The position numbers and the translations under genes were made by a program. Shown piece after piece: positions 18,159 to 29,421 of a DNA stretch of 64,000 bases (position 1 is the stretch's first letter; every line of letters starts with the position of its first letter). This stretch comes from an uncultured delta proteobacterium. GTDB lineage: Bacteria > Myxococcota_A > Polyangia > Polyangiales > Polyangiaceae. The DNA is taken from positions 1,728,001 to 1,792,000 of the forward strand of contig CAWKKR010000008.1 in assembly GCA_963850305.1 (NCBI GenBank), written 5' to 3'. Under the pieces are notes generated by a model. The model was not told the DNA's origin. It saw nothing but the letters and a program-made list of their open reading frames with translations, and made no database searches.

Positions 18159-19748
18159 TCACCGGCAATACTGGGTGCCGAGCAGGAGCAGGGAGCCGAC
18201 GCAGGTCTGGCCCGCGCCGCAGTCTGCTCTGCTGCTGCAGAGCACGTACTTGCCGGCGCCGGTGCACGTGGCGGCGCACGCGGTGTCGGTGACCTGAGTC
18301 GCACCGCCGCCCGGGCCGACGCCGGTCGTCGTGGTGGCGCAGCACACCTGTCCGGGGCAATCGCTCGCGGTGGAGCAGGCTACCGGGACGTCGGCCCCGG
18401 TGCACTGCGCGAGGCAGGAGTAGCTGGTGACGATGCCGCCGCCGCCGACGCCGCCGCCCGCCGTGACGCCGCAGCATTTCTGATTTGCACCGCAGTTCGC
18501 GTTGCTCTGACAACCGACGGAGATGGAGCCGTTCCCGCACGCCGTGTCCGAGCAGGTGTACGTCGGGGCTCCCTGTCCAAACGCTGGCGTGTAGCAGCAG
18601 GCTTGGCCGCTCGAGCAGGTCTGGGTATTGCACGTCACGCCGGTCCCGTTGCATCCCGCGCCGACGCAAGCCGCACACGTATTCGTTGACGTATTGCACT
18701 GGGTGCGCCCGGCGACGCCGGTGCAGTCGCCGTTCGCCAGGCACTGGACGCAGGTCCCGTTCGACGTGTCGCAGACCGGACGCGCGGCGTTGCCGCAGTT
18801 GGCGTTGCCGAGGCACTGCACGCAAGCGCCTTGCGTCGTGTCGCAGTAACCTGTCGGGGCCTGGCAGGTCGCACTTGTGGTGCACTTGGCGACGCAGGCG
18901 TGAGTAGTAGTGTCGCAGACCTGTCCGGCCGCGCAATTGCCGTTGCCCGTGCACGCGACGCAGGTGTCCGTGGCCGTGTCGCAGTTGGGGCGCCCAGCTA
19001 CCCGCGCGCAGTTTTCGGGCACCGTGCACTCCACGCACGTATAGTTCTTGGTGTCGCACGCGGGCCTCGCCGCCGCGACGCAGTTGGCGTTGCCCAGGCA
19101 CTCCACGCACGTGCCGCTGGCCACGTCGCAGTACCCGTCCGGCGCGCTGCAGGTTGCGCTGCTCGTGCAGCCCCCGGTGCCTCCGTCCGTGCCCCCGCCG
19201 CTCGCGCCCCCGGTGCCGGTCGCGCCGCCGCTGCTGGCGCCGCCGGTGCCGGTCGCACCTCCGGTGCCAGTCGCACCCCCGGTGCCGGTCGCACCCCCGG
19301 TGCCGGTCGCACCCCCGGTGCCGGTCGCACCCCCGGTGCTGGCGCCGCCGGTGCCGGTCGCACCTCCGCTGCTGGCGCCGCCGGTGCCGGTCGCACCTCC
19401 GGTGCCGGTCGCGCCTCCGGTGCTGGCGTCCGTAGTCGAACCATCCGGGCCCGCGTCGGTCGGAGAACCGCCGGTGCCGGTCGTGCCCCCGGCACCCGAG
19501 TCCGTCGCCGAGCCGCCACCCGTGCCAAGCCCGGAACCGCCATTGGAGCCGACAATTAAGCCGCCGGAGCCATTGCTGAAGCCGCCACTCGCGGAAACGA
19601 CGCCACCGGCTCCGTTACCGGCGACGCCGGCGTCCTGTCCCCCGGATCCGGTACCCTGGAGACTGGTCGACGACGAGCCGCTGCAGGCAACGCCGAGGAC
19701 GGAAACCACAGAAGAAAGGACGGCGACACGAACGAACGAAGCTCTCAT
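18159..19748 (-). CDS. Cys-rich repeat lipoprotein with Gly/Thr linker
   Basis: Lipobox-like GVAC, GGATGT linker repeats and tandem CD...CVxCxxNxxC modules. Confidence 0.85.
   Translation of the reverse strand: MRASFVRVAVLSSVVSVLGVACSGSSSTSLQGTGSGGQDAGVAGNGAGGVVSASGGFSNGSGGLIVGSNGGSGLGTGGGSATDSGAGGTTGTGGSPTDAGPDGSTTDASTGGATGTGGATGTGGASSGGATGTGGASTGGATGTGGATGTGGATGTGGATGTGGATGTGGASSGGATGTGGASGGGTDGGTGGCTSSATCSAPDGYCDVASGTCVECLGNANCVAAARPACDTKNYTCVECTVPENCARVAGRPNCDTATDTCVACTGNGNCAAGQVCDTTTHACVAKCTTSATCQAPTGYCDTTQGACVQCLGNANCGNAARPVCDTSNGTCVQCLANGDCTGVAGRTQCNTSTNTCAACVGAGCNGTGVTCNTQTCSSGQACCYTPAFGQGAPTYTCSDTACGNGSISVGCQSNANCGANQKCCGVTAGGGVGGGGIVTSYSCLAQCTGADVPVACSTASDCPGQVCCATTTTGVGPGGGATQVTDTACAATCTGAGKYVLCSSRADCGAGQTCVGSLLLLGTQYCR
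19205..19425 (-). repeat. Coding 18-bp tandem repeat (GGATGT hexapeptide) with 15-bp variants
   Basis: CCGGTGCCGGTCGCACC[C/T] is repeated on the + strand. Confidence 0.85.
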
Positions 19749-20068
19749 CAGCGACTCCTTGGGAGTGATCCGTACGAATAACAGTAGTCACCGGCGCCCG
19801 TCCCGAGCAGGCACGGGTCGCGCGCTGGCCGCGACGCCCGCGCCCGCGAAACGGGGTAGCACGATGTCGTATAGTTCCTCTTCGCGAGCCCGCGTCCGAA
19901 CCGGCGGTAGCTGGCCTACCGCGGGCGCCGACGGTGTCGAGCCCGCGCCGACCTCGTCCGGCAACTCGGAGGGTCACTTACGATAAGCCTTCTTTTGCTC
20001 GTCGAAACCCGAGCAACGATTGCCACCCGGAGAGCGGCCGAACTAGACGTAACGCGGAGGCGATCAGC

Positions 20069-20842
20069 ATGGCGAGAGCGACGGGCGTTCTGGGCATGTC
20101 GATCTGGGTCGGCATCGCGTGCAGCGTCGGGTGCGGGGGTAGAGCCACGTCCGTCGGCTCCGGCTTGATCGGGGACGGCAACGACGCTCAGGTTGACGCG
20201 ACGGTCGTCGACGCTTCCGGCGGCGACGCGACGCTGCCCGATAGAACCTGTGTCAGCGACGACGATTGCGTGGCCGTGCTCGACTACCGGAACGGCTTCA
20301 TCTGCTTGGCGCCGACGGCGGCTTCGAGGCAGGCCGTCGCAGGCGACGCTTGCCTGGTCCCCTGGAAGCCCAACCCTCGGTGCACGACTCAGAGTCCGCC
20401 GCTGGATTGCCCGGGTGGACCGGTGCCGGTCGATCACTCTTGCTTCGTGACGGCGTGCGCGTTCCCCCGGTGCAAAGCGGGCACGTGCTCGCTGGACTTT
20501 CCCCTCGATTGCCCGGCGCCCGATGCGGGCCCGCCCGACTGCGCCGCACTGCTGGCCACCTATCGGAGCGTGCTCGCCGAGGCCCGTGTGTGCGACCCGA
20601 CGAAGGGCGACACGAGTTGCCAAGGGGACTACGCGGACGGGTGCGGCTGCGAGGTGCCGTATGACCTTTCGGGTCCGTACGCCAACGCCACGATGTGCGC
20701 GTTCGAGGCCTGGACGGGCGCCGGCTGCCACATCGCGCCGGCTTCCTGCGGCACGTTCACCTGTGTCGTCCCGACGAGCGCCGGAGCCTCGTGCGTTGCG
20801 AATGCGTCAGGGACGACGGGAACGTGCGAGTGGAAGCAATGA
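20069..20842 (+). CDS. Cys-rich putative lipoprotein
   Basis: Hydrophobic N-terminus with IACSVGC, CVSDDDCV motif and many Cys pairs. Confidence 0.75.
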   Translation: MARATGVLGMSIWVGIACSVGCGGRATSVGSGLIGDGNDAQVDATVVDASGGDATLPDRTCVSDDDCVAVLDYRNGFICLAPTAASRQAVAGDACLVPWKPNPRCTTQSPPLDCPGGPVPVDHSCFVTACAFPRCKAGTCSLDFPLDCPAPDAGPPDCAALLATYRSVLAEARVCDPTKGDTSCQGDYADGCGCEVPYDLSGPYANATMCAFEAWTGAGCHIAPASCGTFTCVVPTSAGASCVANASGTTGTCEWKQ

Positions 20843-20942
20843 GGGGCTTCGCGCCGGTCTCGTCGCGGGGAACCCGCCAGCCCAGCCGCCGATTTGCAGG
20901 AACCTGCTGCACGCGGTAGCAGCAACGCGTACCATGTGTCCA

Positions 20943-21980
20943 ATGGGTGATCGGCCGTCGGATGCGCCGGGTGAGACGTCGCTCTGGATCAATCCTGCGC
21001 TCTCGCGGCCGAATGCGGGGTCCGTGTCGCGCCTGCTTCTTGTCGGTTCGTTCATGTGTTCCTTCATCATGGGCTGCAACGGGCAGGTTTCGTCGACGGG
21101 CGGCGCGGGGGGTGCGAGGGACGCGGGCGCCGGAGGTGCCGCTTCGGGGTCTGGCGGCTCTGCTGGTTCGAGTGCAGGCGGTAGCGCCACCGGTGGAAGC
21201 GATGCGGGCACCGGTGGCGGGAGCACCGGCCCCTGCAATGTGGATGCGGATTGCTCGCCTGGCGCCTGCGGCCGATGTCCGGATGGCACCACAGCGTGCC
21301 CCACTGCCCGGTGCTTATTCGGGTTTGCCTCGGGTACCGGATACTGCAGCACCGCCCCGGCTGCCTGCCCGCAATGCAAGGTTGATGCGGACTGTGCCGC
21401 AGCTGCGTGCATGGTCTGCACCGACGGGGGCTTCGTCTGCAACTCCCTGCATTGCATCAACGGAACCTGCGGCCAGCAGAGCGTCATGGTCTGCGGGTCT
21501 CAAGTCGGCCCCGATTGCACGAGCCCGAGCCAATGTCCGGCGTCGGTCTGCGGCACCTGCCCCGACGGCAGCACGGTTTGCACGGATGGCGGTTGCACGA
21601 ATGGCTCGTGCCACGCTGGCCCAGTGAACTGCGTGCAGTGCAAATCGGACGCCGACTGCGGCCAACCCGCGTGCAGCATCTGCTACGACGGCAGCACGGC
21701 CTGCACTACTCCGACGTGCGAGAACGGGCAGTGCGCCGTCACGTACCCAAAGTGTCCCGAGCGTCCGACGGGAAGCCCGCTGCTCTGGCATTGGACGTGC
21801 GGGTTTCCGGTTTGTTATCCGATCTCGGATGCCGGGGCTGCCGACGCGTCCGTGTCATGTCCAGCGGCGGGCACGCCCTGCGCCGAGCGAGGGGCCACGT
21901 GTGGAAATGGTTCCTCGAACTGCGGCGCAGTGCTGGTCTGCGAAGACTACGATCCCACGCAGGGCGGCTGCCCAATTTAG
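20943..21980 (+). CDS. Cys-rich repeat putative lipoprotein
   Basis: FIMGC lipobox-like motif, Gly/Ser linker and four CxxDADC/CxxCxDG modules. Start uncertain. Confidence 0.75.
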   Translation: MGDRPSDAPGETSLWINPALSRPNAGSVSRLLLVGSFMCSFIMGCNGQVSSTGGAGGARDAGAGGAASGSGGSAGSSAGGSATGGSDAGTGGGSTGPCNVDADCSPGACGRCPDGTTACPTARCLFGFASGTGYCSTAPAACPQCKVDADCAAAACMVCTDGGFVCNSLHCINGTCGQQSVMVCGSQVGPDCTSPSQCPASVCGTCPDGSTVCTDGGCTNGSCHAGPVNCVQCKSDADCGQPACSICYDGSTACTTPTCENGQCAVTYPKCPERPTGSPLLWHWTCGFPVCYPISDAGAADASVSCPAAGTPCAERGATCGNGSSNCGAVLVCEDYDPTQGGCPI

Positions 21981-22177
21981 GCTACACGCTGGCGTACTCG
22001 GCAGAGCGAGCAATCTGCCTTGCCGACGGGTGGAAGCCCCCGGGCGCCTGGGAACCCGAAGCCGGTGAAGGCCTCTTCGTGAGGCATTCATCGGCTTCTT
22101 TTTGTTGGGACCACCGTCAGCGCGAACGCGGAGTGAACGCGGCAACGACGGTCATCGTCGAGCTCGCTGCGCGGTCG

Positions 22178-23837
22178 TCACTGCCACACGACGGGCTTCT
22201 TCTGCGCGTACCAGCCGTCGGCGTTCGCCGTGTAGGCGGCCTCGATCGCCGGGCGCTTGATCTTCATCGTGGGCGTGAGATACCCATTTTCGATCGACCA
22301 TTCGTCCTTGGCGACGACCAGGAAGTCGAGTGTCTCGTACGCTTCCACCGCGCGATTCACCTCACGCAGGAGCACGTCGAGAGCTTCCGTGACCTCGCGC
22401 CGCACGGCGGGGTCGCCCGCACGTGGCCGAAGGTTTTCGGCGAGTACGACGATCGCGTGGGGTTGCGACTGCCCGGACCCCGCGACGCACGAGATCTCGA
22501 CGAAGGGGTGAACGTTGAGCAAGTTCTCGATCGGCGCGGGCGCGACGTACTTGCCCTTGCTCGTCTTGAAGAGCTCCTTCACCCGGCCGGTGATCTTGAG
22601 GCGGCCCTCGGCGTCCCGCTCGCCACGATCTCCGGTCTTGAAGAAGCCGTCGGCCGTGTAGCACTCCGCCGTCATCTCGGGCTCCTTGAAGTAGCCCATC
22701 ATGTTGGTCGGCGCTTTGATGAGCACCTCGCCGGCTTCGCTGAGCTTCACCTCCACGCCCGGCGCCGGATTGCCGACGTACCCGACGCGGCTCTTACCGG
22801 GCAGGGAGACATGCGAGTACGCAAAGTCCTCCGTCATCCCGTATCCCTCGAGCAACTCGAGTCCGAGATTGCGGTACCAGTGAATGACTTCCGGAGGGGA
22901 TCGGCGCAGAGCCGCTCAGGGCCATCCGCACCGCGCCGAAGCCGAGGCCGTCCAGGATCTTCTGTTTCACGATGCGCGACACGAGCGGAATCCGGAGCAA
23001 CCGATCGAGCTTCTTCTGCGGCATCTTCGCGAGGACGCCTGTCTGAAACTTGAGCCAGAGTCGCGGCACGCTGACGAACAGGGTCGGCCGCGCCCGTCTC
23101 AGGTCCGTGATGAACGTCTCGAGGCTCTCCGTGAAGAACACCTGAAAGCCGTGTTCCAGGGACCCCATCTCCACGCCAGCACGTTCGAAGACGTGAGCGA
23201 GCGGCAGATACGAGATCATCCGATCCTCCACCGTGACCTCGAGGATGGGCTGGAGTGCGGTCGACGCGTACGAGAGCGACGCGAACGAGTGCATCACTCC
23301 CTTCGGCACTCCCGTGCTCCCCGACGTGTAGACGAGGATCGCGAGCTCGGAAGGGTCGCGCGACGGATCTCCGGCCACGGGCTCGTGCTGTCCGATGAGA
23401 TCCGTCCACTGCGGCGCGGCCGTGGCCGGAGACAGCGGCAGTGCCACGACCGGCATACCGTCAGGGACGACCTTTTCGACCCTGTCCCAGTGATCCAGCT
23501 TGCCGACGAACAGGAGCCTGGATCCCGAGTGATCCAGGATCTGTCGCACCGCCTCGGCGCCGAGGGTCGGATAGATGGCGACGGACACGTGCCCCGCCAT
23601 CCAGATGGCCAGATCGGCGAGGATGAAGTGCGCGCTGTTCTTGGCGAGAATTGCGATGCTGCTCCCCGGCGGGAATCCCAGTGTGCCGAGGTACGCGGCC
23701 ATTCGCCGCGCTTCGTCGAGCGTTTGCCGCCAGGTGAACGTCTGGACCCGGCCGCCACCGATCGGTTGCGTCATATAGACGCGATCCGGTGCGGTCTTTT
23801 CCCAGTGATAGGCCCGATCGAGAGGAGTGTGGGTCAT
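22178..23837 (-). CDS. Long-chain fatty acid-CoA ligase (AMP-binding), frameshift near 22895
   Basis: YTSGSTGVPKGV, EGYGMTE and FKTGDRG are split over two ORFs that join as GSAPIPPEVIHWYRNLG. Confidence 0.88.
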
Positions 23838-23969
23838 GTCGAAGGGCCGGAGCCTACCTCAATGTCCCCCGGCCGACGCGAATCCGCTCGTTGCCTGCGA
23901 CTCCGTGCCAGGTTTGCGGATGGACGTCGGCCCCGCCACCGCTTGACGTTTCCCGGCGGCGAGGGCATC

Positions 23970-23989
23970 ATATCCGTGAATCTGGATAT
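23970..23989 (+). promoter_or_regulatory. Candidate SahR-type operator ATATCC-N8-GGATAT
   Basis: 20-bp inverted repeat 6 bp upstream of the ArsR-methyltransferase start. A TTGACG -35-like hexamer lies at 23943. Confidence 0.65.
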
Positions 23990-23995
23990 TCGGAT

Positions 23996-24949
23996 ATGAG
24001 GCTCTCCAGCTACGTGGAAACGCTCGCGCTCCTGAGCGACGAGAATCGGCTCCGGCTCTGTGCGCTGCTGCGCGATCGGGAGCTGTGCGTGACGGATCTC
24101 GTGCGCGTGACGGGCATTTCGCAGTCGCGGGTGTCGACGCACCTGGGACGACTGCGTGAAGCGGGCTTCGTGCGGGATCGGCGGCAAGGGCCGCAGTCAT
24201 TTTACGCGCTCGGGAGCTTGCCGGATCCGGCGCGCGCCCTGCTCGATGAGGCTGCCGGGTCGGAAGATCCGACGATCGAGGGGGACCAGGAGCGACTGAA
24301 GGAGCTCGACGCGGAGCGGAGGCACGGGCTGCCCGAGACGCTCGCCGACGAGATCGAGCGGGATTACTCGCCGGGAAGGACGTGGCAATCGCTGGCTCTC
24401 GGCGTCGCGGCGCTGCTGAAGCTCGGGGACGTGCTCGACGTGGGTTCCGGCGACGGCGCGGCCGCGAGCGTGGTCGCGCCCTACTGCGGCTCGCTCACAT
24501 GCGTCGACGTGAACGCGAAGATGCTCGACATCGCGAAGGAGCGGCTCGCGAAGTTCCCGAACGTCGTGACGCGCGTGGCGGACGTGCACGAGCTGCCCTT
24601 TCCGGAGAGCTCGTTCGACGCGGTCCTGATGCTGCACACGCTGACCTATGCCGAGAGACCGGCACGCGCTCTCTCGGAGTGTGGGCGCGTGCTGCGGCCC
24701 GGCGGGCGCCTGGTCGTGCAATGTCTCGACGAGCACAGGCAGCTGGAAGTGACGACCCCGTACGGCGAGCGGCACCACGGGTTTTCGCCGCGGAAGGTCC
24801 GGAGCTGGCTCACGCGCGCGGGACTCACCGACGTGCGCGCGGACGTCGTCTCTCGCGAGAGCAAGAAGCCGCGTCTCCAGGTCGTCCTCGGGACAGGGGA
24901 GAAGCCGAACCTGGAACCACCCAAGAAGAAGAAAGCCGGCGCCTCGTGA
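23996..24949 (+). CDS. sahR: ArsR-HTH / SAM-dependent methyltransferase-domain regulator (SahR-like)
   Basis: LSDENRLRL...SQSRVSTHLGRLREAG fused to VLDVGSGDG; overlaps the metH start. Confidence 0.8.
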   Translation: MRLSSYVETLALLSDENRLRLCALLRDRELCVTDLVRVTGISQSRVSTHLGRLREAGFVRDRRQGPQSFYALGSLPDPARALLDEAAGSEDPTIEGDQERLKELDAERRHGLPETLADEIERDYSPGRTWQSLALGVAALLKLGDVLDVGSGDGAAASVVAPYCGSLTCVDVNAKMLDIAKERLAKFPNVVTRVADVHELPFPESSFDAVLMLHTLTYAERPARALSECGRVLRPGGRLVVQCLDEHRQLEVTTPYGERHHGFSPRKVRSWLTRAGLTDVRADVVSRESKKPRLQVVLGTGEKPNLEPPKKKKAGAS

Positions 24950-27900
24950 ATTCGAATCATCCCCTCGCCACGGTGCTCCGGAACCGCATCGCCATCCTCG
25001 ACGGCGCAATGGGGACGACCATCCGCTCGTACGGCATGACGGAGGCGGACATCCGCGGAGAGAGATTCGCATCGGCGCCGAAGGATCTGCTCAACAATGG
25101 GGATCTGTTCTCGCTCACGCAGCCGGCGATGATCGGGGACATCCACCGCCGGTTCCTGGAGGCCGGCGCCGACATCATCGAGACGAACACATTCAGCGCG
25201 ACGAGCATCGCTCAGAGCGAGTTCTTCGTGGAGGACCCGCGCGAGCGCGGCGGAAGAAAGGACCCCGAGTTCTTCCAGAGGATCGTCGAAGATCCGTTCC
25301 TGTCGGAGCTCGCGTGGGAGATCAACGAGCGGTCCGCGCGTCAGTGCCGGGAGTGGGCGGACCGCGTCGCGAATGCGGACTCGAGGCCGCGGTTCGTCGC
25401 GGGCGCGATAGGGCCGCTCACGGTGTCGCTCTCGAACTCGCCCGACGCTGAGGACGCGGGGTTCCGCGTCGTCACGTTCGACCAGGTGAAGACGGCTTAC
25501 GCCGAACAGGTGCGGGCGCTCATTGCCGGGGGCTGCGATCTGCTCCTCGTCGAGACGATCTTCGATTCTCTCAACGCCAAGGCGGCCCTCGTCGCGATCC
25601 GCGAGGTGCTGGACCGCGACGGCAAGGACCTCCCGATCATGGTCTCGGCGGCCGTCGGTCGCGGCGGAGAGACGATGATCTCGGCGCAGACCGTGGAAGC
25701 GTTCTGGAACGCCGTCGAGCACGCGAAGCCGCTGTCCGTGGGGCTCAACTGTTCGCTCGGTCCGGACCTGATGTATCCGTTCCTGTCGGAGCTCGCGACG
25801 AAGTCGAGCGCCGCGATTCTCATGTTACCCGAACGCGGGTCTGCCGAATCCGCTGTCGGCGACGGGGTTCGACCTCGGACCGAAGGACATGGCTCGATAC
25901 CTCCGCGAGTTCGCCGACGGAGGGCTCGTGAACATCGCCGGAGGCTGCTGCGGCAACACACCCGACCACATCGCGGCGATCGCGCGGGCGCTGGCGAACG
26001 TGCGTCCTCGCGAGCTGCCCTCGCCTGCGAGTGCCCAGGTCTCGTGGCCGCCGCGCCCTCTGCGGCTCTCCGGTTCCCAGCCGTTCACCCAGCAGCCGGG
26101 CGTCTACATGATGATCGGCGAGCGGACGAACGTCGCGGGTTCGCCGAAGTTCGCGAAGCTCATCAAGGACGACAAGTACGAGGAGGCCGTCAGCGTCGCT
26201 CGGCAGCAAGTCGAGAGCGGCGCGAACGTGATCGACATCTGCATGGACGAGGGGATGATCGACGGCGTGAAGGCGATGTCGCGCTTCCTGCATCTGCTGG
26301 CGAGCGAGCCGGAGGTCGCGAAGGTGCCGTTCATGGTGGACTCGTCGAAGTGGGAGGTGATCGAGGAGGGGCTCAAGTGTCTCCAGGGGAAGGGGATCGT
26401 GAACTCGATCTCGTTGAAGGAGGGTGAAGCGAAGTTCCGGGAGAACGCGAGGACGGTTCTGAAGTACGGCGCGGCCGTCGTCGTCATGGCGTTCGACGAA
26501 CGGGGACAGGCCGCGACCTACGAAGACAAGATCCGGATCTGCACGCGCGCTTACCGCATTCTCACGGAGGAGATCGGGTTTCCGGCGGAGGACATCATCT
26601 TCGATCCGAACGTGTTGACGGTCGCTACGGGGATGGAAGAACACAACAACTACGCGGTGGATTTCATCGAGGCGACGCGCTGGATCAAGGCGAACTTGCC
26701 GCACGCGAAGGTGAGCGGCGGGGTCTCGAACGTTTCCTTCAGCTTTCGCGGCAACAACCGCGTGCGTGAGGCGATCCACTCGGCGTTCCTCTATCACGCG
26801 ATCCGCGCCGGCATGGACATGGGCATCGTCAATGCCGGGATGCTCGAGGTCTACGAGGAGATCGAGCCCGGGCTGCGCGAACTCGTCGAGGACGTGCTCC
26901 TCAATCGACGTCCCGACGCGACGGAGCGTCTCGTCGATTTCGGCGAGAAGCTGAAGAGCGAATCGGCGGGCGCGGCGCCAGCCGAGAAGAAGGCGGAAGA
27001 GTGGCGTCAGGGCACCGTCGAGGCGCGCCTGTCTCACGCGCTCGTCAGGGGCATCGACGCGTTCATCGACGTCGACACGGAAGAGGCGCGGCAGAAACTC
27101 GGACGTCCGCTCGCGGTCATCGAGGGTCCCTTGATGGCCGGCATGGGCGTGGTCGGGGATCTTTTCGGCGCGGGAAAGATGTTCTTGCCCCAGGTGGTGA
27201 AGAGCGCACGCGTGATGAAGAAGGCCGTTGCGTATCTGATGCCGTTCATGGAGGCCGAGAAGGCAGCGCTCCTCGCGTCGGGCCAGACGGTGAAGACGCA
27301 GGGGAAGATCGTGCTCGCCACGGTGAAGGGCGACGTTCACGACATCGGCAAGAACATCGTCGGAGTCGTGCTCGCCTGCAACAACTACGAGGTGTTCGAT
27401 ATGGGCGTCATGGTCCCGTGTGAGAAGATCCTCGAACGCGCGAAGGCCGAGCGCGCCGATCTCATCGGGCTGAGTGGCCTCATCACGCCGTCGCTGGACG
27501 AGATGGCCCACGTCGCGCGCGAGATGGAGCGGCAGGGGTTCAAGGTGCCGCTCCTGATCGGCGGAGCGACGACCAGCAAGGCCCACACCGCGGTGAAGAT
27601 TGCCCCGCATTACAGCGAGCCGGTCGTGCACATCCTGGATGCGAGCCGCGCCGTCCCGGTGACGACGAGCTTGCTCAGCGACACCGGCCGCGACGCCTTC
27701 ATCGCGCAGCACACGGTCGAATACGAGCGCCTCCGGAAGACGCACGCCGCACCCAACTTCAAGCTCGTGTCGCTCGAGGAAGCGCGGAAGAACCGCACCC
27801 CGATCGTGTGGCGGGGCGAAGACATCGCCGTCCCCGAGTTCACGGGTGTCCGCGTGCTCCGCGACTTTCCGCTCTCCGAGCTGCGTCCGTTCATCGACTG

Positions 27901-28753
27901 GACGCCGTTCTTCCGCACCTGGCAGCTGAAGGGCTCGTACCCGCGCATCTTCGACGACGAGAAGTACGGAGAGCAGGCCCGACAGGTCTTCGCCGAAGCC
28001 AACGTGCTCCTCGACTCGATGATCGAGAAGAAGCGCATCACGGCGAACGGCGTCTACGGCATCTTCCCGGCGAACGCGGTCGGGGACGACGTGGAGCTCT
28101 ACACGGACGAGGGTCGCACCAAGCGGCTCGAGGTGTTTCATTTTCTGCGACAGCAACGAGAGAAGGGGAGCACCGAGCCGCACCGATCGCTCGGGGACTT
28201 CGTGGCGCCGAAGGAGACGGGTCTGCGCGACTACATCGGTGGGTTTGCCGTCACGACTGGAATCGGACTGAGGGAGCTCTGCGACGAGTTCCGGGCCGAT
28301 CACGACGACTACGGCGCCATCATGGCCGAGGCGATCGCCGATCGACTCGCTGAAGCGTTCGCCGAGGCGCTGCACAAGCGCGTTCGAGTCGAGTGGGGCT
28401 ACGGCCGCGCCGAGGACCTCACGAGCGAGGAGCTCATCCACGAGAAGTACCGTGGCATCCGACCCGCCGCGGGATATCCCGCCTGCCCGGATCACACGGA
28501 GAAAGGGACGCTCTGGAAACTCCTCGATGTGGAACGGAACACGGGGATGCTCCTCACCGAGTCGTACGCGATGTGGCCAGGGTCGAGCGTGAGCGGACTT
28601 TACTTCGCGCACCCCGAGTCACGGTACTTCTCGCTCGGAAAGATCGATCGGGACCAGGTCGCCGATTATCACGTGAGAAAGGGGCTTACCGTCGAAGAGA
28701 TCGAACGCTGGCTCGGTCCGAACCTGAACTACGAAGCGGGCTCCACCAACTAA
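24946..28753 (+). CDS. metH: B12-dependent methionine synthase, frameshift near 25819
   Basis: [37 protein letters not shown] and [12 protein letters not shown]. Confidence 0.95.
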
Positions 28754-28786
28754 CCAGGCTACGGAAGCGTGAAGCTCCGCGGGCCC

Positions 28787-28999
28787 TCAGCGTTCGATCG
28801 GGAGTTCCCTCGGGTGCGAGGCGGCCTTGGTCGCGCAGGCTTCGCATATGCAAACGCTGCCGCGCGCATCCTCGGGGATCGACTCGAGTGCCGTCTGGTC
28901 GAATTCGACGGAGAAACACCAGCACGTCGCCAGGCCCGCCGCCTGTCCGCAACCGTTCGGGGAGCCACAAAGGGGGCAGGATTTCGGGTCCAAAGTCAC
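28787..28999 (-). CDS. Cysteine-rich CWC family small protein
   Basis: CPLCGSPNGC...CWC...CICEAC; GTG start at 28999. Confidence 0.8.
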   Translation of the reverse strand: MTLDPKSCPLCGSPNGCGQAAGLATCWCFSVEFDQTALESIPEDARGSVCICEACATKAASHPRELPIER

Positions 29000-29421
29000 T
29001 TCGGTGATGGTTTCACGCGACGGGACGCATCGCAACCGTTGGGACTCCGACGACTTGCGGCGGCCGGACCGGCCGATTTCTCGCCGTGCCCGACGTCGGC
29101 GGATGGAGACCTCGCTGCGCCGAGCCTCCGACAGTGGCGCCATTGCCCGCGGCAGATTCTGCGGAAACCGGCGAGCCGCCGCCCAAACTAAACATCCAAT
29201 ACCAGTTGCCGGGCTTGCATGTGACCTACGACGAGCGTAGTGGAAAGGGCCTTCCAGCTCTTGCCTGACCTCGATGATTTGCCGAGCTTTCGTGGGTTGG
29301 CGTCCGGTCGCCGCAGTCGGCCCCAGCGCGACTCTCTCGCCTTCGACAGCGGACGGCGGTCGCCACCGCGGCCGCGTGCCCCGGCGGAGCTCGAGGATCG
29401 GGGCTCGCCGCGCCAAAGACC

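Noticed and set aside
25820..28612. 930-aa antisense ORF opposite metH, and similar long shadow ORFs (5540-7432, 40716-42305)
   Set aside because: These are stop-poor antisense frames expected in GC-rich genes; the opposite strand carries clear family motifs.
28787..29416. 209-aa version of the CWC protein
   Set aside because: Only the last 70 aa look like the family; the upstream extension is Arg-rich non-coding-like translation.
29000..29421. Fluoride riboswitch upstream of ClC
   Set aside because: No complete crcB-type consensus is seen, and the protein lacks CLC-F signatures (it has GREGP, not GREGT).
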